Below are positions 1 to 9,289 of a DNA stretch of 64,000 nt, in pieces. The translations under genes and the position numbers were made by a program. The notes below the pieces were generated by a model. It did no database searches and was not told the DNA's origin. It was given only the letters and a program-made list of their open reading frames with translations. This DNA is from Candidatus Hodarchaeota archaeon. GTDB lineage: Archaea > Asgardarchaeota > Lokiarchaeia > Sigyniarchaeales > SOKP01. The stretch is from contig JBHLKM010000007.1 of the NCBI GenBank assembly GCA_048886685.1, positions 64,001-128,000 of the forward strand, written 5' to 3'. Every line of letters begins with the position of its first letter. The stretch's first letter is position 1.

Positions 1-452
1 GAGAATTTTCCCCTTGGACTGTAAATTCCCATGCAGTTTGGACCCACAAGTCGACTATTTTCGTTGTTTTTGAATAGTTCATATAATTCTGCTTCAATTT
101 TAATTCCTTTCTCATCGAATTCACCAGTTCCTGCGGAGAATACATGAATTGTATAAAATTTCTTTTCTAAACATGTCTTTATAGTTTTTATTAATCTATT
201 TCTGTTAACCGAAATTAAACTGTGGTCTATTTCATCAGGAATCTCTGAAAGATCTCTGTAAACATTCACACCTTTTAATCGTTCTGCGTGTTTTTCCATT
301 AATTTGTCATAGTAATTTGTAACAATATAGAGAGAATCTTTTGGAAATCTATCTATGTAACCATCTATATGCCAAATTCTTCTTGGATTGGCACCTATAA
401 ACGCAAGTGTTTTTGGATAGAACAATTTCTCGAAAAAGTCAATTTGTTTCAA
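1..452 (-). CDS. Acyl-CoA synthetase (NDP-forming), CoA-binding subunit, 5' part (runs off window start)
   Basis: Manual translation from TTG at 452 (preceded by AAGGTGG): MKQIDFFEKLFYPKTLAFIGANPR...VYRDLSEIPDEID...VFSAGTGE...RLVGPNCMGIY, typical of the CoA-binding domain of AcdA-type ligases. Not in the ORF track because it is truncated. Confidence 0.85.
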   Translation of the reverse strand, partial: MKQIDFFEKLFYPKTLAFIGANPRRIWHIDGYIDRFPKDSLYIVTNYYDKLMEKHAERLKGVNVYRDLSEIPDEIDHSLISVNRNRLIKTIKTCLEKKFYTIHVFSAGTGEFDEKGIKIEAELYELFKNNENSRLVGPNCMGIYSPRGKF

Positions 453-649
453 TATACCACCTTAAAAACATCAAATAAATTATCCAATTAAAACATTATT
501 TTATTCTTTTAATCAAAAGTAAAGGATATTAAATTTTTAATACTAAAATTTGGAAGATGAGGTTTTTTCCTGAATTTCATTTTTTTTTTCTAAAATATTA
601 AATAATAAAATATAATCATTATCATAAACTAGCTCTGTGGGTATAAATT

Positions 650-1522
650 TTGAATTTAAATAAGAATCCAGGCATAGACTTAGTTGCTGATGAAAGGATT
701 TGGAGTGAATCCGTATATGCTGATTGCGTTAGTTCTGATGGTCACACCGCTATTATGACAAGATTATGCCGTTATCCTGAATATTCTACTTCATGGCTTT
801 GGGCTTTCTGTTTTTTAACTCAAGGAATTTATGGATATAATAACAATTACCTCCCATGCGATAATGAAATAAGTCTTGTTGAAGGTCCTGATTTAAATTA
901 TATTCATTTAAGGCAAGAGAAAGCTAAATTTGAGCGATTTGGACCTCGAGATTCTCCTAATGGGGCTCAAGTTACAGTTGATATTAAGGCACATAAGGGT
1001 TCGAAGGTTCCTCAAAACTTAGGTCCTCTTAAAATGCAGATTAAAGCCGATATTACTCCTAAACATAAACCATGGAGATTGAACCGATATAGGACAGAGT
1101 GGATAAATGATGCTAAAATTGTGGTTAAAATTGATGATTTAGAGTTTAAATATAAAGGATCCGGCCATTGGCACGAACAGCATCAGAAAGCACCAAGATG
1201 GAAAATACAATTCACATATATTTCTCTTCGTGGCGATAATCTCTGTTTAATTGGTAGTGCAACAGAACCCAATGATGCTGGATTCGTTGTCAACTCATCC
1301 AAGCGTACAAAAATTACACAAATTAAGATTGATCCACCATCGACGATACGGAATATTAAAATAACGCTTGAAGATAATTCTACATTGAACGGTACGATTC
1401 ACACTATTTACAATTATCTAGTACCTATATATAATCAATTGCGACCAGGTACCATAGTAACTGCACAGTTCAAAAAAGAATTACTTTCTGGAGTTGTAAA
1501 TGATTGGTTAATAAACGATTAA
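650..1522 (+). CDS. Hypothetical protein, possibly AttH/CrtC/tocopherol-cyclase-like beta-barrel
   Basis: 290-aa beta-rich ORF. N-terminal WSESVY and GSGHWHEQH..PRW loosely resemble the WxExxY and GxGxxDHxWG motifs of that superfamily; the fold call is tentative. Confidence 0.45.
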   Translation: MNLNKNPGIDLVADERIWSESVYADCVSSDGHTAIMTRLCRYPEYSTSWLWAFCFLTQGIYGYNNNYLPCDNEISLVEGPDLNYIHLRQEKAKFERFGPRDSPNGAQVTVDIKAHKGSKVPQNLGPLKMQIKADITPKHKPWRLNRYRTEWINDAKIVVKIDDLEFKYKGSGHWHEQHQKAPRWKIQFTYISLRGDNLCLIGSATEPNDAGFVVNSSKRTKITQIKIDPPSTIRNIKITLEDNSTLNGTIHTIYNYLVPIYNQLRPGTIVTAQFKKELLSGVVNDWLIND

Positions 1523-1561
1523 AAAATTTTAATTTAGAATTATAGGCATATAATTATTTTT

Positions 1562-1924
1562 TTGTTTCATATGTTCATCTTAAATCAATATGATTACATT
1601 ATACCACTTAGAATTCTTGGAATTCTTGCATTGATTGGAACTCCATTACTCCTTAGTGGAATATACCTTGCAAAACTAAGAAAAAAAAAGGAACTTATAC
1701 TAATGTTAGGATACATTTCGATCATTTTTGGGGCATTGTTTATTATTTTAGCTATATGGGGTGATATCTGCTGGAATCGGTATTTAGAAACTTGTAACCC
1801 CTGCATTTTGTTCGATTATACTCCAATTTTTTTATTGTTAATTATGCTAGGGATAATATTAATTATATATGCGATGTTTTTAATACATAATACGATAGTG
1901 GGAATAAGAGTTAATGAAAATTAA
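1562..1924 (+). CDS. Small membrane protein (3 predicted TM helices)
   Basis: Three hydrophobic stretches, a basic cytoplasmic loop (KLRKKK) and a Cys-containing loop. The start is more likely the ATG at 1570. Confidence 0.65.
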   Translation: MFHMFILNQYDYIIPLRILGILALIGTPLLLSGIYLAKLRKKKELILMLGYISIIFGALFIILAIWGDICWNRYLETCNPCILFDYTPIFLLLIMLGIILIIYAMFLIHNTIVGIRVNEN

Positions 1925-1931
1925 TGAATCG

Positions 1932-2072
1932 ATGAAAGAATTGAAAAATCTATATCCATTGACCTTGGTTAATACAACTAATAGATTTAGCCTAAAATGT
2001 CAATATTGTTTCCTTTTTCGGGAAGGTAATCCGAATAAAGGTTGTGTAAATGATTGGTATAAAATTAAATAA
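1932..2072 (+). pseudogene. Chimeric relic: degenerate copy of the radical SAM gene 5' end fused to a copy of the 3' end of the 650..1522 gene
   Basis: Translates MKELKNLYPLTLVNTTNRFSLKCQYCFLFREGNPNKGCVNDWYKIK*. Residues 1-35 align with MRELKKLFPLALVNITNRCNLKCKHCFVFREGNPN (2881..), with the first Cys changed to Phe. The tail GCVNDW matches GVVNDW at the end of 650..1522. Confidence 0.8.
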
Positions 2073-2129
2073 ATAATATGGAAACTAATATTGTTAATCT
2101 TGATATAATTATTAAATTATAATTATGAG

Positions 2130-2861
2130 TTGATCATGTCGTTTAAGGGAAAAGTTATAATAATAACAGGAGCAAGCGGAGGAATTGGAAGTGAAACTGC
2201 TCGATTATTTGCTAAAAATAGAGCCAATATTATTATTAATTACAACTCTTCTCCTGCTAAAGCAAAAAACACTTTAAACATGGTTAAAGACTTGGGAGTA
2301 GATGCGATAAATATTAAAGCGGATATTTCTAATACAAATGAAGTAAAAAATATGATTGATGAGACTATAAATAATTTTGGGAAAATAGATGTCTTAGTGA
2401 ATAATGCCTCTAAACATCCTCCTCCCTTATTTAACTTTCACAAACCTGATTGGGAATTATGGAAAAGGATGGTTCAAGTGAATGTTATGGGAATTTTAAT
2501 TTGTTCTCATTTTAGTTTTCCTTATTTGAAAGAAACTAATGGTAATATTGTCAATATAGTAATGGATTATGATCCAGGAGGATTAGGTTATGTGTTTACT
2601 AAAATGGCAGGAACTCCTCTGACTAGAGGATTAGCCAGAAAATTAGCACCAGTAAGAGTTAATGCTGTATCTCCCGGAGTGATTGAAACATGGGAAATGA
2701 GTGAAGAAGAGAAAAAGGATTGGTTAAAAACAATAATTATAAAAAGAATTGGTCAACCTATAGATATCGCAAGAGCTATCCTATTTTTGGCATCTGATGA
2801 GGCATCATACATTACAGGAGAAACTCTTCATGTAGATGGGGGACATCAATTATTAGTTTAA
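2130..2861 (+). CDS. Short-chain dehydrogenase/reductase (FabG-like SDR)
   Basis: TGASGGIG Rossmann motif, DVLVNNA, YxxxK (YVFTK), VNAVSPG, ITGETLHVDGG. Confidence 0.93.
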   Translation: MIMSFKGKVIIITGASGGIGSETARLFAKNRANIIINYNSSPAKAKNTLNMVKDLGVDAINIKADISNTNEVKNMIDETINNFGKIDVLVNNASKHPPPLFNFHKPDWELWKRMVQVNVMGILICSHFSFPYLKETNGNIVNIVMDYDPGGLGYVFTKMAGTPLTRGLARKLAPVRVNAVSPGVIETWEMSEEEKKDWLKTIIIKRIGQPIDIARAILFLASDEASYITGETLHVDGGHQLLV

Positions 2862-2880
2862 AATAAAATTAAAGGGAACC

Positions 2881-3804
2881 ATGAGAGAATTGAAAAAGTT
2901 ATTTCCATTGGCCTTGGTAAATATAACAAATAGATGTAACCTTAAATGTAAACATTGTTTTGTCTTTCGGGAAGGTAATCCTAATAGACCTACTGAGAAA
3001 AATGAAATGGAAACAGACTTAATGATAAAAGAAATAAAAAGCTATAAAAGTAGATATGGAATTTTCAGAATGCTTTGGATGGGAGGAGAACCACTTCTAA
3101 GAAAAGATGTGTTAAAACAAGGGGTCACACTTTTTCCCCAAAATGTTATTGCTACTAATGGAACATTACCACTAATCAATTTAGGTCCGAGTATTAAATG
3201 GACAATTTCAATAGATGGTCCTGAAGAAATAAACGATGAAATTAGGGGTAAAGGGAGCTTCGAAAGAGTGATTTACAATTTGAATAATTTACCTGAGGAT
3301 TTTACTGGAGATCTCCAATGTAATTGTGCAGTTACAAAATTGAATGAAGATTGTTTTGAAGAACTTATTAATGTCTTGCATAAAGAGACTCCAATAAGAG
3401 GTATAAACTTTAATTTTTATGTTCCGAAAGAACACGATACTTCCAAATTTGCTTGGAAATCTCTAATGGAGAGGGATTCTGCGGTGATTAAGATATTAAA
3501 ATTAAAAAAGAAATATCCTAAATTTATTCTTAATAATAAGATGGTACTTAAACTAATGCTATCTCAAAATGCAGCTGAAATAACAAAAGATTGCCCATTA
3601 AAAAAAATTATACTTCCCCTCTATTTAGGAGAAAATGGATTCGAAATTCCATTTTGTTGTTATGGGAACAATGTTAATTGTGATTTATGTGGATCTTGGG
3701 CAGTTTTTCATCTTGAATATATCAGGAGGTTAAATCCAGGATTTCCTTTTAAAATGACAGGAAACATTTTCAAAAAAGTGACACCTTCAGGATTTACATT
3801 ATAG
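2881..3804 (+). CDS. Radical SAM protein with C-terminal Cys cluster
   Basis: CNLKCKHC (CxxxCxxC), GGEPLL, TNG, SIDG; C-terminal C...CC....CDLCG. Confidence 0.92.
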   Translation: MRELKKLFPLALVNITNRCNLKCKHCFVFREGNPNRPTEKNEMETDLMIKEIKSYKSRYGIFRMLWMGGEPLLRKDVLKQGVTLFPQNVIATNGTLPLINLGPSIKWTISIDGPEEINDEIRGKGSFERVIYNLNNLPEDFTGDLQCNCAVTKLNEDCFEELINVLHKETPIRGINFNFYVPKEHDTSKFAWKSLMERDSAVIKILKLKKKYPKFILNNKMVLKLMLSQNAAEITKDCPLKKIILPLYLGENGFEIPFCCYGNNVNCDLCGSWAVFHLEYIRRLNPGFPFKMTGNIFKKVTPSGFTL

Positions 3805-3911
3805 GGATTAAAATATACTAAACAATACAAAAATCCCTCAAAAACCCAAATTAGACTAGCTTCCTAATTTAGAAAGAATTAATTATTAGCTAGTAATTAT
3901 AAGTTCTTATT

Positions 3912-5258
3912 TTATTTTTGAATATTATTATCATCTGATTGATTTCTTAAATCTTGAGCTTGCATAACTGTACGTCCTGGCATTTCTTTATCAGGGTCAC
4001 CACCCATTTTTCTTGCTGCTGATAAATAAATTCCAATTGCCATTGTTGATTTTTCCATTTTAGCTCTTGTAATAAACACTTTCGAAGCAATCTCACTGAC
4101 ATATTTATTATTAGGTGAACTAGACCAAGCCCATTCAGCAAGGTGACATGCCATCCTTAATTCACCCTTATTCATAAGCTCTAATGCTCTTTCAGCTAAC
4201 TTTACTGCGCCTCCAGCAAGGTTTGCAATTTCTTTTGCTTGAATTATTTCAGGAGCCGGTTTTAAATGAGAAGGGATTCCATCATACCAACCCCCATATA
4301 ATCGCCAAATATTTCTTACAATGAATTCAGGTTCATCATATACTGGTTTAAGATATGGTTTTTTGAATAATTCATCAGGAGTTTTCACTGTATGAATAAT
4401 TGTATCTAAAGATACTCCCTTATTCATTAGAGAAATTACTTGTGTATGAAGTGATTCAAGTAAGAGAGCTGTATTATCTAATGCTTCATTAACACGTTCT
4501 TGGCCAATTATAGGAACTCCATGTCCTGGGCATAAGATTTTAGGATTATACTCTTTCATTTCCCGTAATGTTAACGCCCATTCATGAGCATAGCGTTGAA
4601 CTTTTTGGGGATTTCCCGCATTTGGTACTCCCCAAATAAATAGATCACCAGAACATAATATATTGGTATCAGGGAAATATACCCATGTATGATCATCTGT
4701 TTCTCCTCGAGAATGGTTTAACTGAACCTGCACACCAGCAATTTGAATTGTCATATCATCTTTATAAGTCAAATTTGGATAATAAAAATCTTTCTTAAAA
4801 AGAGGTTCACCTTTATCTCCTCTAAATTGCCTTAAATTAATAAGCGCATTCCAAGAGTTTGTTAATTTATATCTATCAAAACGATCAATAATTGCTTCGT
4901 GTGCAATAATACGAGGTACAGGCCAATGGTTATTTTCACATTCCTCCATATAAGGTTTTATTCCAACATGATCAACATGGCCATGAGTAAATATTACTGT
5001 ATTTACTCTTTGAGAAGTTTCTTCACGTAAAGCTTTAAATTTCTGATCTACGTCAAAATCTGCCCCTGGATCAATAATTATCAACCCTTCGTTGGTTTCT
5101 CTTATTATTGAATTTGAAAAACCTCTGTAAAACCAAGTTCGTTGAGAATTATATTCATTTATGAGTTCAAGACCACGAGGTACTCCAAATGGATGATGAG
5201 AATATGTATTTTTCCTTCCAACCCATAGATCTTCAGCAAGGTCTAAAATTTTTCCCAT
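3912..5258 (-). CDS. Alkyl/aryl sulfatase (SdsA1/BDS1-like, metallo-beta-lactamase fold with dimerisation domain)
   Basis: THGHVDH, GETDDH, SGD..PNAGNPQK, PGHG, RNIWRLYGGWYDG. Confidence 0.88.
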   Translation of the reverse strand: MGKILDLAEDLWVGRKNTYSHHPFGVPRGLELINEYNSQRTWFYRGFSNSIIRETNEGLIIIDPGADFDVDQKFKALREETSQRVNTVIFTHGHVDHVGIKPYMEECENNHWPVPRIIAHEAIIDRFDRYKLTNSWNALINLRQFRGDKGEPLFKKDFYYPNLTYKDDMTIQIAGVQVQLNHSRGETDDHTWVYFPDTNILCSGDLFIWGVPNAGNPQKVQRYAHEWALTLREMKEYNPKILCPGHGVPIIGQERVNEALDNTALLLESLHTQVISLMNKGVSLDTIIHTVKTPDELFKKPYLKPVYDEPEFIVRNIWRLYGGWYDGIPSHLKPAPEIIQAKEIANLAGGAVKLAERALELMNKGELRMACHLAEWAWSSSPNNKYVSEIASKVFITRAKMEKSTMAIGIYLSAARKMGGDPDKEMPGRTVMQAQDLRNQSDDNNIQK

Positions 5259-5534
5259 TATTTTTCACCCTATTTTGATTTTAAATTAAATTCTTAATTA
5301 ATTGTGATTTTCTCAAGATAGAGATGATGTATCATTCATATTTAAAACATAATATATTTTTTATTTATTTGATAGAGTTTATATTGTGCTTTTTTTAATA
5401 GCTTCTATAACCTTTTTGAAGATGAAATGACACATTTTCAAGATTTAGATAATTCCAGTTAGTGAGAAAGAAAATTATAAATAAAACTAGCATTATTATA
5501 CATAATAAGAGATCATAGATAATTTAAGATTTGA

Positions 5535-5669
5535 ATGGCAAAATTACGTAAAGCTTCAAATATTTCTATTCGATGGAATCAACCAAAGATTTTATTGATT
5601 GTTATAGCATTCCTCTTGAAAGGTATATTAATGGCTTTCTGGGCAATTAGTTATTATATATGCAGTTAG
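5535..5669 (+). CDS. Possible 44-aa single-TM peptide or gene remnant
   Basis: MAKLRKASNISIRWNQPKILLIVIAFLLKGILMAFWAISYYICS*: a basic N-terminus plus a hydrophobic segment, in a 540-bp gap. Below the ORF-track cutoff. Confidence 0.3.
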   Translation: MAKLRKASNISIRWNQPKILLIVIAFLLKGILMAFWAISYYICS

Positions 5670-5798
5670 ATTCCTACATTTATCTGAAGAATTTTTAAAT
5701 TCATTTAAGTTTATATTTAATCAGATGAGATTACTCAGGATTTAGATAAAAAAATAAAAAGAGTTATAAAAGTAGATTAGAAATTAATGAGAGTATTC

Positions 5799-6125
5799 TT
5801 AAACTGCTTCTATTTCTTTCACAAATACTATTTCGCTGTTAACTTCATAAAACTTACGACCTACTATTGATTCTATAAATGCTGCAAATTTTTTTACCTG
5901 CTCTTGATACAACCCACTTTTTTCTATTGCTTCAGCATCCTCTTTCGTCTCCCATAACGCTAAAGAGATTCCTTCATCTCTTTGTTCTGAAGCTAATAAA
6001 AAGCCGCCGATAAAGCCTTTTTGATCTCTAATAGCAGGCATTATATTTTCGTCCCATATTCTTCTTGCCTCATCTAAATCAATATCTGGCTTTAATTTTG
6101 AAGTTGTCATGCTAACGATTACCAC
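5799..6125 (-). CDS. Antibiotic biosynthesis monooxygenase (ABM)-like dimeric alpha-beta barrel protein
   Basis: PAIRDQKGFIGGFLL...GISLALWETKEDAEA pattern. Start moved to GTG at 6125, which follows GAGGTGA (the track start is 6146). Confidence 0.75.
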   Translation of the reverse strand: MVIVSMTTSKLKPDIDLDEARRIWDENIMPAIRDQKGFIGGFLLASEQRDEGISLALWETKEDAEAIEKSGLYQEQVKKFAAFIESIVGRKFYEVNSEIVFVKEIEAV

Positions 6126-6489
6126 ATTTATCACCTCAAATTTCAATTCATATAATTTATATTTTTTTGTTAAATTTTATTCCATTGTTAGTGATGCAAC
6201 TCAGATTTATAAATATTATACTGAAAACATCATTTAGCCGCTTTAGGGCGATTTTCAGGGAAATGGATTAAAATCAAAATTCATGTTTTTGTGTTGCATA
6301 ATCTATAGAAACATTTAAAAATGAAACTTAAAATGGATCTCATTATATTTTATATAAAAACGGTTTTTTAATATTAGAGAAATAAGAATCTAAGATTAGT
6401 CTAAGACTCCATTGAAAGTTCTTATTATTAAACTATATATATAATCTTAACAGTATTATAATTATAAAAAAAAGAAAAGTGGAAAAAAA

Positions 6490-6681
6490 ATGACACAAGT
6501 TATTGAAAAAGTATTGGAAGAGAAAAGACCTAAAATTGAACAAGCTGAAAATGATCAAATGCTTGGAGATTTAAATCCAAGATATTTTGAGGAAGCCATG
6601 ACTCTTAAAGAAGCACAACAAAAAGTTTATTCATCAACTATTAATTTGAGTTGTAGATATAACGTTTTTAGGGCTTTTTAG
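6490..6681 (+). CDS. Small hypothetical protein
   Basis: 63-aa ATG ORF in its own intergenic space, with an upstream TATA-like region and a downstream T-run. Confidence 0.6.
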   Translation: MTQVIEKVLEEKRPKIEQAENDQMLGDLNPRYFEEAMTLKEAQQKVYSSTINLSCRYNVFRAF

Positions 6682-6882
6682 AAGAATTAAATGATTTTTT
6701 TTATACCCTTATCCTTTTTAATTTTAACAAAGTAAAGATATTATTATACACATTATTAATTATTAATCTTCAGAAGATATTAAAAATTCTTCAGGTATTA
6801 GACAAGCTAGTTTTGAAATAAGTTAAAAAAATAATGAGAATGTAAAAAAAAAAGTTAATTATATTGATAATAAAAACAGCAG

Positions 6883-7962
6883 TTACTGGAGAAAGCTATT
6901 CGCTTGTTTTAATGCTTTCTCAGTATCTTTTATAACTGTTTCGATGATATCAGAAACACTTTCAATCTGGTTTATAGCCCCTATACTCTGCCCTAATAAG
7001 ACCCCACCATTCTCCATATCGCCTTGATAAGCTGCAAACGCAGCATATGCATCTTTTCTTAATTCTTCCTCAAGTTCTTCCTGTGATATCTCAGAACGGT
7101 GATCAGCCCTAAATTTTTCTTCAGCCATTTTTTCTTCTTTGCTCTTTACTAAACCTTTTGACAGAGCATATTTATTCTTCCAATACCTTATGGTTCCTAG
7201 AGTTCCTGTTCTGATAATTGTATCTGAAGCTTTTGCCGGTGGTATCACATTTTTGTAATTTTCATGGAATTCACTATCTTTCGATGCAATAAATCTTGAT
7301 CCCATCGCAATTCCTCCTGCTCCAAGAGCTAAAGCTGCAGCCATACCTGCTCCTGTAGCAAATCCACCACACGCAATTTTTGGAATATCTGGGTGTTTTT
7401 GCTGTACCTGTTGTAATAAAACCAAACCGCCAACTTTTTCATATGACTGATGACCTCCTCCTTCGAATCCTGTGACCACCAGCCCGTCACATCCCGCTGC
7501 GACACATTTATCAGCTAACCAAAGCGCGGGAGCAACATGGAAATGTTTAATCTCCGTACTTTCCCTTAATTTTTGGAAATCCTTGTTCTCAGGCAGTCTC
7601 CTTGCTGAACCCGCACTACTGAGTGCATATAAGCATTGTTCTCTCAATTTGGGATTTGCCATTATATGCTTTGAAGTTTCTGAAATTAAATTGTCACAAT
7701 TTAACGTAAGTCTCGAAGTTCTTATGTTGAAACCAAAAGGTTTATCTGTATGTTCTACAACATAATCAAGATTTTTTTTCATGGCAACAAGGGCATTTGT
7801 TTCCCTACCATCCATAGATTGGTTTGCATGAGAGATCATCCCAAGACCTCCTGCTTCTGAGACTGCTATTGCCAATTCGGTTGTTCTGAAAGGTCCCATA
7901 GCTGCGCTTGCGATTGGATGTTTTATTCCAAACATTTCGGTAATGATAGTTTTTAATGTCAA
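6883..7962 (-). CDS. Nitronate monooxygenase / FabK-like FMN oxidoreductase
   Basis: GIKHPI..AAMG, AVSEAGGLG, GFEGGGH, IACGG, ALALGAGGIAMGSRF..SKDS, GQSIG. Confidence 0.9.
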   Translation of the reverse strand: MTLKTIITEMFGIKHPIASAAMGPFRTTELAIAVSEAGGLGMISHANQSMDGRETNALVAMKKNLDYVVEHTDKPFGFNIRTSRLTLNCDNLISETSKHIMANPKLREQCLYALSSAGSARRLPENKDFQKLRESTEIKHFHVAPALWLADKCVAAGCDGLVVTGFEGGGHQSYEKVGGLVLLQQVQQKHPDIPKIACGGFATGAGMAAALALGAGGIAMGSRFIASKDSEFHENYKNVIPPAKASDTIIRTGTLGTIRYWKNKYALSKGLVKSKEEKMAEEKFRADHRSEISQEELEEELRKDAYAAFAAYQGDMENGGVLLGQSIGAINQIESVSDIIETVIKDTEKALKQANSFLQ

Positions 7963-8120
7963 AATAAATCACCTTCTATTCTATTTTAATTGGAATCTAA
8001 ATAAAATTAACCTTTTTCTTTTTTCATTGTAGTTTTTGTTTGCAATTGTCTATTTACAGGATTTTGAAATCTAGAGCTTTTAAAACATAGATTATAAATC
8101 TTCAAGTAACTGAGTTTATT

Positions 8121-9221
8121 ATGAAGGAAAACAAAGAATCCAAAAAATTATATATCTTTTACTTTGACCAAGTAGAAGGTCCAAAGTTATTTTTCAGTAA
8201 GCATGAATTTAATCCATTTGATAGTGTAATATTAGATATGCTATTGGGCTATGGTGGTGGAGAAAAACCATTTCCTATAGCATTTGAAGACTTTCAAACA
8301 TTAAACTATAAGTTTTATATTCCCTCAAAATTAGCAAGAAGTGGATTCGAAGAATTCATGATTACTTTGCTAGTAAATGAGCCATCTATAGAGAATTTCA
8401 AATCATTAAAACTCAAATCTCAAATTCTAAAAGAATTCGCTCATGAATTAAAAAATCTTAAAGAATTCCCCAAAATTCTATTTGAGAAGCGTAAATCAAG
8501 AAAAGAATTCTGGGAGATGGGTTATAATAAGTTTAGAAATACTCTCTTAGAGATATATGATAAATATTTTAATATTTTAGCATTACCTTTTACTGGAAAA
8601 CCGAGAAATGAGACAATTTTTAAGTTGAAAATGAATATCAAGCCAGAGATCTTAATCTATATTGTTCATGCTCACTTATTTAGGAAGAAAATATTTATTC
8701 CAATTAATAAGGAATATTATCATTCGATTCATGAAATAAATAATTTTATTGATTATATTTTTCAGAAATCTTTCACAGGAGATATTTTAATTAAATCTAA
8801 AACCCAATACAAGAGAAATAGGCAATTGTATGAAGAATACATCATAATGTATGAAAAAGATTTAGTTAATGAAACTAGGAAACTGATAAATTCTAATCTA
8901 CTAAAATATGAAACAGAATTAATAAGAACTTTCTATAATAATAAGGATAATGATTTATGTGTTCTTGATTTAAAAGAGAAGCTTGAGGGAATTTACATCT
9001 TAACAAGACATTTATTTAATTTTTATGAAAGGATTGATATCAAAAAACCGTTATCTCCAAGAACCCTAATAAAACATTTAGAGGAATCTCTTCTAGTTAA
9101 AAAAATCCAAAAGCAATATCTCTATTTTTTAACTGATGTTATTAGGGCTTATTTTGGTTTAAATATTATTTGGAAATGGGATGAACTCGGTGAAAAAATT
9201 GATGATTTATGGAAAGGCTAA
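8121..9221 (+). CDS. Folliculin/SMCR8-like longin (uDENN) + DENN-core-like protein
   Basis: N-terminal YFDQVEGPKLFF and FYIPSKLARSG resemble the FLCN (HFCELHGPRTLF; FFIKDSLARGF) and SMCR8 longin motifs. IVHAHLFRKKIFI resembles the start of the cDENN domain. Confidence 0.6.
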   Translation: MKENKESKKLYIFYFDQVEGPKLFFSKHEFNPFDSVILDMLLGYGGGEKPFPIAFEDFQTLNYKFYIPSKLARSGFEEFMITLLVNEPSIENFKSLKLKSQILKEFAHELKNLKEFPKILFEKRKSRKEFWEMGYNKFRNTLLEIYDKYFNILALPFTGKPRNETIFKLKMNIKPEILIYIVHAHLFRKKIFIPINKEYYHSIHEINNFIDYIFQKSFTGDILIKSKTQYKRNRQLYEEYIIMYEKDLVNETRKLINSNLLKYETELIRTFYNNKDNDLCVLDLKEKLEGIYILTRHLFNFYERIDIKKPLSPRTLIKHLEESLLVKKIQKQYLYFLTDVIRAYFGLNIIWKWDELGEKIDDLWKG

Positions 9222-9289
9222 ATTCAATAAATATTAGAAAAAAATCCCAAAAGATTGGTTTTTAAAAATATAATTTTAGACTAAAAAAT

